DNA from: Vicinamibacterales bacterium
Lineage (GTDB): Bacteria > Acidobacteriota > Vicinamibacteria > Vicinamibacterales > UBA2999
DNA length: 64,000 bases
Direction of reading: 5' to 3'
Assembly: GCA_035575715.1 (NCBI GenBank)
Contig: DATLXN010000006.1
Location: 6,476 to 70,475 of the forward strand
Part shown: piece after piece, positions 18,980 to 27,207 of the stretch
How positions within the stretch are numbered: position 1 is the stretch's first letter
Layout: the number at the start of each line of letters is the position of its first letter
The notes under the pieces: generated by a model
What the model was told of the DNA's origin: nothing
Databases searched by the model: none
The model's input: only the letters and a program-made list of their open reading frames with translations
Position numbers and translations under genes: made by a program

Positions 18980-19036
18980 GAAGATGCGCCGCCGTCGCGC
19001 TAACTACGCATCGCCATCACCGTCGTTGGTCGTTGG

Positions 19037-19636
19037 CTAACGCGCCAGATTCTGCGCGAGCAGCGATCCTGGTGGCGCGCCGGCCTGGGCGCGACGGCGA
19101 TGATCCGCTGCGGCCGTCCCGGGTTTCATCAACGACGCGGCAAACTCCATTTCAGGGTTCGTTCCGCTCAACGCGATTGCTCGTTGGACCATTGCATAGC
19201 CGTCCTGCGTCGGCACTGGGCGCCGGTGCAGCCCCTCGGCCTGTTTGTAGGTTTCAATCAGGTAGCCCGCGTCGAACAGTGCCGCCGCATTCGGCGCCCC
19301 GCCCGCAGCGGGCGCCTGCGCGCGAGCCAGAATCGCAGTCATTAATTCCGCCGCGACCCGCGCATCCTGTGCGGCATAGATCGTGGCGCGGCGGAGATTC
19401 TCCATCCGCGCGATTACTGAGCTGTCCGATAGCAGGGCAACCGTATCGCTGGTCAGGCGCTGCACATCGTAACGACGGTCCGGCGTCTGCCAGCTTGATC
19501 CGTCCCCCCACGGCAACACCGCCGCTGCCCCGGTGTGGAAGGGCTGGCACAGCAGCGGAGGGCCTGCCTCGCCCACGCCAGGAACCAACAACAGGGCCGC
19601 AATTACCAGCGAGCGAATACCACGTGTGTGACTCAT
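19037..19636 (-). CDS. Secreted hypothetical protein
   Basis: ATG at 19636 (MSHTRGIRSLVIAALLLVPGVGEAG) gives a signal peptide. No recognisable domain. It lies upstream of the beta-barrel-like ORF on the same strand. Confidence 0.55.
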   Translation of the reverse strand: MSHTRGIRSLVIAALLLVPGVGEAGPPLLCQPFHTGAAAVLPWGDGSSWQTPDRRYDVQRLTSDTVALLSDSSVIARMENLRRATIYAAQDARVAAELMTAILARAQAPAAGGAPNAAALFDAGYLIETYKQAEGLHRRPVPTQDGYAMVQRAIALSGTNPEMEFAASLMKPGTAAADHRRRAQAGAPPGSLLAQNLAR

Positions 19637-19793
19637 AACAACCTCCATGTGCGCTTGTACGATGACGCAGCATCAGAGTTGCGCCTGGCACGGCCCCGGA
19701 GGGAGTGACACGGGGTGATGTAACGGTGACAACCACCGATTTTCAAGGGAAAACTTGCCTTTCTTTCTGTGTAATCTATGTAATCTGTGGTTC

Positions 19794-20667
19794 GTGGTTG
19801 AAGAAGAGCGCGTGCGAGCGCAGCTGGAACGAATCCTGGTCAGTCCCGGTTGGGCCAACGGTGGTCGCCTCAGCCGGCTGCTGAAGTACGTCGTCGATCG
19901 GACACTGGCCGGGGAGGGCGGACAGCTCAAGGAATACACGCTTGGCGTAGAGGTCTTCGACCGCGCGTCGGAGTACGACCCGCGCATCGACTCGATCGTC
20001 CGCGTCGAAGCGAGACGACTGCGCGCCAAGCTGGAGGACTACTACACCGGACCAGGGGCTTCCGATCCGGTGCTGATCACCATCCCACGTGGCGGATATG
20101 TAGCGGTGTTCGCGCTGTCGCAGCCGCCGGCTCAAGCCGTCGTGAGCGCCGTGGTCGCGCCGACGCGACGGCGCAACGTCATCGCCGTGGCCGTACTCAC
20201 GGTTGTCGCGGTGGGCGCTGTCAGTCTGACCAGCGGGCGATGGCTGCCCGGTCAGACCACACCGGAAGCATCGTCGACGCTGCGCATTGCCGTGTTGCCA
20301 TTCGCGCACTTCTCTGTGTCGCCAGAGCACAATCTGTTGGCGGCGCGCATTACCGACGGCGTCACCAGTGAACTGGCCAAAATCTCGGCGCTCTCGGTCG
20401 TATCACGCACCAGCGCGGCGCAGTTTGTGAGCGAACAAGCGGCCGGTACGCGAGGTCGCGCAACGGCTCGATGCAGCGTTGGTGATGGAAGGGAGCCTGG
20501 TGGTCGAGAGCGGCGTGGTGAAGGTGGTGGCGCGGATCGTCGACCCCATCCGGGACCGCAAGATTTGGGTCGGCGAATATCAGAGCGCGCCCGATGCCAT
20601 CACCACGCTGCAGCGGCGCATTGCGTCTGAGGCGGGCGCGGCGATGCTCAAGCGCGCCCCCCAGTAG
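19794..20667 (+). pseudogene. Winged-helix (CadC/OmpR-like) + TM + TolB-like/FlgO-like regulator, interrupted by a +1 frameshift near 20445
   Basis: The frame of ORF 19755..20630 carries RLSRLLKYVVDRTLAGEGGQLKEYTLGVEVFDR...RVEARRLRAKLEDYY, one TM helix and RIAVLPF...SRTSAAQF. The family continuation VREVAQRLDAALVMEGSLVVESG...KIWVGEY is in the frame of ORF 20479..20667. An extra G in GG 20445-20446 explains the shift. Confidence 0.65.
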
Positions 20668-20695
20668 CCAGTCTGCGTGATCTTGCAATCGGTGA

Positions 20696-21817
20696 TTAGT
20701 TGCAGCGTGCCTGCGCGATTTCGGCGCGCTTGCGTTTGAACACGCGAACCCATTCATCAACCGTGTCGCCGCGTCGCGCCACCTGCGCCACGGTAAACAG
20801 GTCCCGCAACTGAGCATCGCTTAGCATCGCCAGACGATCGGACAGAAATTTCCGGCCTGCTTCACTGATGCGAGGGTTCTCCAGACTGCCGGTGAACGAT
20901 CGCGGTAAGTCGCCGATGCACCGGTCCGCGTCTTTCCACACCTTCGAGCCGTCCCAGTCGCTGAGATCCATCTTGCTGTTATTCAGCGCGGTTGCTTTCC
21001 CGAACGTGGTCCCGAGATCCTTGACGACCAACAGCGGATTACCACAGCTCTCGGTGCCTCGAGCGTCCTTCTTGGTTGAACCGGGAGGGCACACAATTTC
21101 TTGTTGCTCCGGCTTGCTATCGGAATGCTGGATGAACACGGCAAGGAGCTTGAGGGCGTCGACCTGTGCGCGTGTCGCACCAGCGCCGCGGGTGTCGATC
21201 TTGTCGAGTTCGGGCCAGGCCCAGCCCTCGAAGTCCTTTACTTCGATCGCGGTACCGGGCAGGTCGCGTTCTATGGCCGCTGGGTCGAAGACGTGCGTGC
21301 CAAGGTTGTCCGGCTTGCCACGTTTCCAATCGGTCTTGCTGGCGGCAAACGGATCGGCCGGGCAATCGCGACAGGTGACCTTTGCGGGATACATCCGATC
21401 GGCGCGGAACCCTAACGCCCAGAACAGCCGACTCGCGGCCACTTCAGCAAAGACTTCCCCGTTCTTCGGCCCGTACTTCACCTTGACCACATCGTCGGGC
21501 CGCACCTCGCAGTTGAATTTTGGGGTGTTGCCGGTCAGCGCTTTCTTCGGAAAGACGAACTCGCAACTGACGTCGTCGCCGATGCGCATGTTGGCGGGCA
21601 GCGGCGGGCCGGCTTTGAGATCAAGGGAGGCGGTGTCGACCGCTTGCCAGACGCTGGCGCGGCTGAGCAAGGCTGCACGTTCGCGCACGCTCAACTCCTT
21701 GAGGGTGCGCGGACCGTCAGGCACCTTATTGCTGTCCTTGGGGCCAAATCGGCCGCTGGCGCACGCGCCCAAAAGCAACGCAAAGACAATCACCGCCGCG
21801 AATTTCTGAGTCCTCAC
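20696..21817 (-). CDS. Cys-rich lipoprotein with protein-kinase-like motifs (hypothetical)
   Basis: GTG at 21817 gives VRTQKFAAVIVFALLLGAC (lipobox LGAC). Internal motifs are VKVKYG...EVFAEVAASRL, FIQHSDSKPEQQ and VVKDLGTTFG. Confidence 0.6.
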   Translation of the reverse strand: MRTQKFAAVIVFALLLGACASGRFGPKDSNKVPDGPRTLKELSVRERAALLSRASVWQAVDTASLDLKAGPPLPANMRIGDDVSCEFVFPKKALTGNTPKFNCEVRPDDVVKVKYGPKNGEVFAEVAASRLFWALGFRADRMYPAKVTCRDCPADPFAASKTDWKRGKPDNLGTHVFDPAAIERDLPGTAIEVKDFEGWAWPELDKIDTRGAGATRAQVDALKLLAVFIQHSDSKPEQQEIVCPPGSTKKDARGTESCGNPLLVVKDLGTTFGKATALNNSKMDLSDWDGSKVWKDADRCIGDLPRSFTGSLENPRISEAGRKFLSDRLAMLSDAQLRDLFTVAQVARRGDTVDEWVRVFKRKRAEIAQARCN

Positions 21818-21960
21818 CTGCCCACCTCGTCCAAAGCGCGGCCGTCGCTGCCCATGCGTGGCCCGTAGGTGGCCCAACACTGCAATCCCCGATCCCATTG
21901 GTGACGGCGACTGAAACGACGAGCTGGCCCAATGCGCGAGCGCCGGTGTCTAAAGCCGGC

Positions 21961-22724
21961 ATGCTTGAAGGCTCGACGCGTCCAAGAGTTACCACGGCGT
22001 CCCGGCGGTTAAGTCGGTCAGCATCAAGGCCCTTCCCGGCGAAGTGATCGGCCTGCTTGGTCCGAACGGCTCGGGCAAGAGCACGACAGTCAAGATGATT
22101 GTCGGCCTGCTCACCCCGACGCACGGCCACGTCCACTGGCAGGGGCGCGACATCCACGACCAGTTACTCGGCTATCAGTCGATCGTCGGCTACGTGCCGG
22201 AGGAACCGAAGCTCTACACCTACCTGACGGCGGTCGAGTACCTCGAATTGGTCGGCGGCCTGCGCGACATCCACGCGGGCATTCTCAAGCGGCGCATCGG
22301 CCGCTATCTCGAGTTGTTCGGGCTCTCGAGCGACATCTACACGCCGCTCGGGTCGTTTTCGAAAGGGATGCGGCAGAAGGTGCTGATTGCGGCGGCGCTC
22401 ATCCACGATCCGGCGGTCGTCGTCCTCGACGAACCGAACTCGGGACTCGACGTGGCCTCGACGTTGATCATGCGCACGCTCGTGCGCAGCCTTGCCGAGC
22501 GCGGAAAAATCATTATCTACAGTTCGCACGTGCTCGATATCGTCGAGAAGGTCTGTGAGCGCGTGCTGATCCTGCATAAGAGTAAAGTCGTCGCCGATGA
22601 CTCGGTTTCGCGGCTGCGCGAACTGGCCAGCGCCGCTTCACTCGAACAGGTGTTTTCTTCGCTGGCGGTCGATCAGAACGTCGAACAGATTGGCCGCGAA
22701 CTAGCGGACGTGGCGACGGCGTGA
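21961..22724 (+). CDS. ABC transporter ATP-binding protein (N-terminus disrupted by a frame change)
   Basis: Walker A GPNGSGKST, signature FSKGMRQKV, Walker B VVVLDEP. The conserved N-terminal strand LDASKSYHGVPAVKSVS (from 21972) has no in-frame canonical start. The ATG at 21961 is one frame off. Confidence 0.75.
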
Positions 22725-24421
22725 ACAGACGAGACTGGCGGCAGTTCCGGCTGTTGTCGCGCGACGCGGTGCGTCAGTTGATCGATGCGGCGTTGTATTC
22801 ACGCGAATCCGATCCGATGGAATTCGCGGTGTGGATGCTCGCATTGATCGCGACGCCGCCCGCGTTTTTCGCGGCGCAGCAAATCTTCACCTACATCGCG
22901 CTGGTGAAAGCACCAGCCGACGTCGTGCAGCAGGTGGCCACGAGCCATCGACTGTTCTTCGTCGTCTACGGCATGCTCGCCGCAGCGCTGCTCGCGGCGC
23001 TGACCTGGGAGGCTGTTTTTCCTGACGGCCGTGACCAGGAGGTGATCGGCGTGCTTCCAGTGCGGCCGCACACGTTTGCCGCCGCCCGGTTGGGTGCCGC
23101 GGCCATTGTCGGCGTCGCGTTCACCGCTGCGATCAATGTGCCGGCGGCATTTGTCTACACGCTGATGGCAGCAGGGCACCCGTCACTGCGTGACCCGAAG
23201 CTGCTCGTCGGCCATCTCATCGCCACGATGATGGCGTCACTGACCGTGTTCTTTGCGCTGATCAGCCTGCGTGGCATCGTTGCCGTCATCCTCGGTCCGC
23301 GCGCCGGGGTATGGCTGGGTGCAGCCCTGCAAATCGTCGCGATCATTCTGCTCGTCGACGTGTTCTTTTTCCTGCCTGGCGTGCTCGGCGCAATGGCTGG
23401 CTACGTGTTACGCGGCGAGCCGTCCACTCTGGTGTATCCACCGGTGTGGTTTGGCGCGCTGCATTTATGGATTGCCGGCGTCGGCGGTCCGCTGATCGGC
23501 GATGGTGCCGGCCTCGGTGCGTTGGCGTTTGTCGGCACGGCCCTGTTGACCATTCCGATCTATTTGCTGCCGGCAAAGTATTTGGGACGCCGTGCCCTGG
23601 AACGGCGCTCCCGACAGCACGCCACGGGCCTGGCGCTGACTCTGCGCATCATCTCAGTCATCACGCGCGCAACCCCTTCGGTTCGAGCGGTGTTTGCGTT
23701 CATCGTGGCCAGCCTGATTCGCAGCCGGCGTCACCTGTCGATCGTCGCTACCTACTTCGGCCTCGCGATCGCCGTGTGCGTCGTCAGTTTTTTCGTCCTG
23801 GACGGTCGCGGCACCGTCGTTCTCGCGTATCCCACGGCGTGGCTGCTGGCGCTGCCGTTGGTCTTCATCTACTTCCTGGTGCTCGGGTTACGCGCAGCGT
23901 TTCGTATTCCGACGGAGATCGAAGCCAACTGGCCATTCCGCGTGACGCCCCCGTCGCTCGCCACCTGCGTCAACGCGACGGCACTGGCGATGTTCACGCT
24001 CGCCGTGTTGCCAGTCGGCGCGGCGACGTTCTTCGGTAGTGTCTTCATGTGGCCGATCGGCCAAGCGCTCGGTGCCACTGCTTTGCAGATGCTCGCGGGA
24101 TTGATGTTGATCGAGTGCGTACTTGCAGCGTGGACCAAGGTGCCGTTCGCATGCGGCCACCTCCCATCGCCCGATGTGTTCAAGGCGCTATGGCCGATCT
24201 ACGGCATCGCACTGCTGATCTTCGCGTTCCTGCTGTCGGACTGGCAGGTAGCCGCGCTGACGTCGGTGACGGCGCTTGGCAGTTATCTCGCCTTCTGCCT
24301 TACCGTGATTCTCACCGTGCGCACCTGGCGCTGGCGCACGCGCAAGAACCAGTCGATCCCGTTCGACGTTGTCGCCGGCCATGCCGTCGAACAATTGAAG
24401 CTGTCAGGCGCGCTGAACTAG
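22721..24421 (+). CDS. Multi-pass membrane protein, presumed partner of the upstream ABC ATPase
   Basis: 566 aa with more than 10 hydrophobic helices. The GTG start overlaps the ATPase stop (GTGA). No family recognised. Confidence 0.55.
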   Translation: MNRRDWRQFRLLSRDAVRQLIDAALYSRESDPMEFAVWMLALIATPPAFFAAQQIFTYIALVKAPADVVQQVATSHRLFFVVYGMLAAALLAALTWEAVFPDGRDQEVIGVLPVRPHTFAAARLGAAAIVGVAFTAAINVPAAFVYTLMAAGHPSLRDPKLLVGHLIATMMASLTVFFALISLRGIVAVILGPRAGVWLGAALQIVAIILLVDVFFFLPGVLGAMAGYVLRGEPSTLVYPPVWFGALHLWIAGVGGPLIGDGAGLGALAFVGTALLTIPIYLLPAKYLGRRALERRSRQHATGLALTLRIISVITRATPSVRAVFAFIVASLIRSRRHLSIVATYFGLAIAVCVVSFFVLDGRGTVVLAYPTAWLLALPLVFIYFLVLGLRAAFRIPTEIEANWPFRVTPPSLATCVNATALAMFTLAVLPVGAATFFGSVFMWPIGQALGATALQMLAGLMLIECVLAAWTKVPFACGHLPSPDVFKALWPIYGIALLIFAFLLSDWQVAALTSVTALGSYLAFCLTVILTVRTWRWRTRKNQSIPFDVVAGHAVEQLKLSGALN

Positions 24422-24486
24422 CAGCGCGTGGTGAAAGTCACGACGGGATCCTAGACGAGCCACAACGTTGGACTCGGCCGGTTCGA

Positions 24487-25107
24487 TCACTTGCGGCCCC
24501 CGTACAGCGTGACCGCCGCACGGTACTCTTCTGGTGTATCGACATCGATGAACGCGCCCCGATCATCGACGGGCACATTGAGAATGTCGGCTTGACGCGC
24601 CCGCACCACCGCCTTGGCCCCGACCGAAGGGTCGGCATGGCGCAGCTCCTCAAAGACAGCGCGGTCAAAGATCACCGGATGCCCGTGCTCGTCGCCTCTC
24701 GACGGACGCACGATGGCGGCGCGCGACGACCGCCATGCGTGGACGAGGGCGGAGACGGTCGCCGGCGCGACAAACGGCGCATCGACGAGGGTCATCATCA
24801 GCGCCTCCAGTTGCTGGTCCTCCTTGAGCGCCGCCAGGAGCGATGACAGCTGACCATCGCGCTCCCAATGCGGGTTGTCGATGAACCGCACCTTACGGCC
24901 GACCCTGCCCGCCGCGGCACGCACGGCGTCGGGTTGGGCGCCGGTAATCACGACGATGTCGGGAATGGCCGCGGCCTGGAAGGTGCGTATCAATCTGGCA
25001 ACGAACGTGTCCGCCCGGTCAGACAGGCAAAGGGCCGCCTTGGGCCGTCCCATCCGCGACGAGGCTCCTGCTGCCAAGATCGCCGCTCGCACCACCGTCC
25101 ACATCAT
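24487..25107 (-). CDS. MobA/MocA-like nucleotidyltransferase (molybdenum cofactor cytidylyl/guanylyltransferase family)
   Basis: ORF 24487..25326 trimmed to the ATG at 25107 (MMWTVVRAAILAAGASSRMGRPKAAL, the NTP_transf_3 signature). Confidence 0.7.
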   Translation of the reverse strand: MMWTVVRAAILAAGASSRMGRPKAALCLSDRADTFVARLIRTFQAAAIPDIVVITGAQPDAVRAAAGRVGRKVRFIDNPHWERDGQLSSLLAALKEDQQLEALMMTLVDAPFVAPATVSALVHAWRSSRAAIVRPSRGDEHGHPVIFDRAVFEELRHADPSVGAKAVVRARQADILNVPVDDRGAFIDVDTPEEYRAAVTLYGGRK

Positions 25108-25176
25108 CACATAGGCGTAGTGGACGCTTTTCACGGGTGGCGACGGTAAACGCGGCCGGTTTATGCGACCGTATAC

Positions 25177-25206
25177 TTGACTTCCCAGAGACGACCTGCC
25201 TACAGT
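25177..25206 (+). promoter_or_regulatory. Sigma70-like promoter for the cold-shock gene
   Basis: TTGACT (25177-25182), an 18-nt spacer, then TACAGT (25201-25206). The downstream leader contains a 7-bp hairpin, CTTCCCG (25212-25218) with CGGGAAG (25228-25234), and a GGAGGA SD. Confidence 0.5.
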
Positions 25207-25255
25207 GCGACCTTCCCGGGGCTGCCTCGGGAAGTTGGTCGATCGGAGGACGGAA

Positions 25256-25462
25256 ATGTCGACGGGCACGATCGCACGATTGCTGATCGATAAAGGGTTC
25301 GGGTTCATTCGGGATGAGTCAGGCATCGAGCATTTCTTTCACCGCAGTGCGGTGCGAGGATCAGTGTTCGAGTTGCTCCGCGAGGGGCAGCGCGTCGAGT
25401 TCTCGACCGAAGATTCAGGCAAGGGACCGCGAGCTGGAGACGTTCGGTTGATTGAAAGTTAG
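25256..25462 (+). CDS. Cold-shock domain protein (CspA family)
   Basis: MSTGTIARLLIDKGFGFIRDESGIEHFFHRSAV..., 68 aa, with RNP1-like KGFGFI and RNP2-like HFFH. Confidence 0.85.
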   Translation: MSTGTIARLLIDKGFGFIRDESGIEHFFHRSAVRGSVFELLREGQRVEFSTEDSGKGPRAGDVRLIES

Positions 25463-25480
25463 TTCATTTGTACTTCCCCT

Positions 25481-25512
25481 CCCGGCCCTGGTGAAACAGG
25501 GCCGGGTTCGTT
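25481..25512 (+). terminator. Hairpin terminator after the csp gene
   Basis: CCCGGCCCTG (25481-25490) pairs with CAGGGCCGGG (25497-25506). Loop GTGAAA, followed by TTCGTT. Confidence 0.55.
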
Positions 25513-25528
25513 CCACCCACCACCGCGC

Positions 25529-26146
25529 GTGATCCGCCGCTTCCTTTACCTTGTCTTCGTCGTCTCGGTCGTGACGCTGGTCTGGACCTTCGTTCAGCTC
25601 GGCCACATCCTGCATCACGAAGACCCACTCGAAAAGGCTGATGCGATCTTCGTCCTCGGCGGCGGCCGCCTCGATCGTGTCGCGGAAGCTGGTGAGCTGG
25701 TGCTCGAGCAGTGGGCGCCACGGATTGTGCTGTCGCGGCAAGAGTCGGACGGCGCCGAAATCGCGTTCCGGCAGCGAGGTTTCACGTTCCCCTCACCCGA
25801 AGACATCTCGCGCGACATCCTGATTCAACTGGGCGTGCCGGCCGGCGCCGTCACGATCATCGATGGCGAGCAGACGACGACGGCAACCGAAAGCGATTAC
25901 CTACTGGCCGTCGCCGGTCGCGAGCGCTGGCGCCGCGTCATCGTGGTGACCGACAAAATGCACACGGCGCGCGCGGGGTTGGCTTTCAAGCGGCGATTTG
26001 AAGGAACCGGTGTCGCGATCATCATGCGGGCGACGCGCTACGACGATGCCAATCTCGACCAGTGGTGGCGGTCACGTTCGGACGTGCGTTTTGCGTTGTG
26101 GGAAGCGCAAAAGTTCGTGGCTTACTGGATCGGGATCGCGGACTGA
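25529..26146 (+). CDS. YdcF/DUF218 family protein (ElyC/SanA-like)
   Basis: N-terminal TM helix, then DAIFVLGGGRLDR...VVTDKMHTARA, typical of DUF218. Confidence 0.7.
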   Translation: MIRRFLYLVFVVSVVTLVWTFVQLGHILHHEDPLEKADAIFVLGGGRLDRVAEAGELVLEQWAPRIVLSRQESDGAEIAFRQRGFTFPSPEDISRDILIQLGVPAGAVTIIDGEQTTTATESDYLLAVAGRERWRRVIVVTDKMHTARAGLAFKRRFEGTGVAIIMRATRYDDANLDQWWRSRSDVRFALWEAQKFVAYWIGIAD

Positions 26147-26171
26147 CCGGGAACCGGCACACGTCTTTTCG

Positions 26172-26214
26172 CCACCGGCTGGCCACCGGCTACCGACCAC
26201 CGACCACCGACTGA
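26172..26214. repeat. Degenerate short tandem repeats (CCACCGGCT / CCGACCA units) just upstream of selC
   Basis: The run is CCACCGGCTGG CCACCGGCTA CCGACCA CCGACCA CCGACTG, followed by TATCAT (26215-26220) 7 nt before the tRNA 5' end. Confidence 0.6.
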
Positions 26215-26227
26215 TATCATCGCGAGT

Positions 26228-26322
26228 GGAAGCGAACGGGGCCCGGTGGCTCTCCCGGTCTTCAAAATCGGTCGCTGCCTCTTCGGGGGCAGGCTGGGTT
26301 CGACTCCCAGGCGCTTCCGCCA
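26228..26322 (+). tRNA. selC: tRNA-Sec (selenocysteine tRNA), anticodon UCA
   Basis: 95 nt. Acceptor arm GGAAGCG(A) with (G)CGCUUCC, discriminator G and encoded CCA. A 6-bp D stem (GGGGCC/GGCUCU, with G:U pairs) and 4-nt D loop CGGU. Anticodon arm CCGGU-CUUCAAA-AUCGG. Long variable arm CUGCCUC-UUCG-GGGGCAG. T arm CUGGG-UUCGACU-CCCAG. Confidence 0.9.
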
Positions 26323-26323
26323 A

Positions 26324-27004
26324 TCACCGCAGCAACGCCACCACCGCTTTCGTGTCCTGCAGATCAGCAACGACCATGTCTGCGCCAGCCGCCCGCAGCA
26401 CCTCGACCGAATGGGATCCGGTCGCGACCGCTAACGACCGCGCTCCCGCAGCATGCGCACAGGCGATGTCATGAGGCGTATCGCCGACGATGATCGTGCG
26501 TTCGCGCGTGGGAGCGGGGATGCCGCGTTCTTGCGCGCGCACCATGGCGGCGCGGCCTAAGTCGTTGCGGTCAGCCGATTCTTCACCGAAGATGCCCCAC
26601 TCGAAGTGGGCATCGATCTCGAATTGCGCCAGCTTGATCCGCGCTGCGGCCTCGTAGTTACCGGTCAGCAGCGCCAGATGGAACGGCGGCTGCTGTAACG
26701 CCGCCAGCAGCGCCTCGACTCCTGGCATCACGCCGCGCCGGCCAATACCCGGCTTGGCGATCTCCTGTTGCAGCACCGGCAGATAGGCGTCGCGAAAGCG
26801 CGCGTGCACCTCCGGGGTATTCGGGAGGTGCGCGCGGCTGAGCGCATGCGAGATCAGAAACGTGTCGGTGTGTCCCGCCACGGGTATCCCGGCGAAGGCA
26901 TCCGGCACGCCGAACAGCGCGTCGAACGCGATCGTCATCGCCCGCACGCCGGCACCACCGCTGAGCAGCAACGTGCCGTCGATGTCGAACAGAACGAGAC
27001 TCAC
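26324..27004 (-). CDS. HAD-family hydrolase (phosphoglycolate phosphatase-like)
   Basis: VLFDIDGTLL motif I and GDTPHDI motif. The GTG at 27004 overlaps the upstream stop (GTGA). The stop lies 1 nt from the selC 3' end (convergent). Confidence 0.8.
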   Translation of the reverse strand: MSLVLFDIDGTLLLSGGAGVRAMTIAFDALFGVPDAFAGIPVAGHTDTFLISHALSRAHLPNTPEVHARFRDAYLPVLQQEIAKPGIGRRGVMPGVEALLAALQQPPFHLALLTGNYEAAARIKLAQFEIDAHFEWGIFGEESADRNDLGRAAMVRAQERGIPAPTRERTIIVGDTPHDIACAHAAGARSLAVATGSHSVEVLRAAGADMVVADLQDTKAVVALLR

Positions 27005-27207
27005 TCGCTGGGGTCGTAATGAATATCGACCGCGCGTGGACCTTTCGGCGTCCACTCCTGCGCGAATCCGACGCGCTCTTTCACCTGCAACTGGTCAAAT
27101 CCGTCGCGCGCGCCGTCGCGCACGAAAAACCATTCCAGCCCGGCATCGTCGAGCAGAAATCCAAAGCCGTGTTCGGGGACGAGGCGCGTGATGTGACCGT
27201 GCAGCAT
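27001..27207 (-). CDS. Divergent cold-shock-domain-like small protein
   Basis: MLHGHITRLVPEHGFGFLLDDAGLEWFFVRDG..., 68 aa, with a GFGF core. The start overlaps the upstream stop (TAATG). Confidence 0.65.
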   Translation of the reverse strand: MLHGHITRLVPEHGFGFLLDDAGLEWFFVRDGARDGFDQLQVKERVGFAQEWTPKGPRAVDIHYDPSE

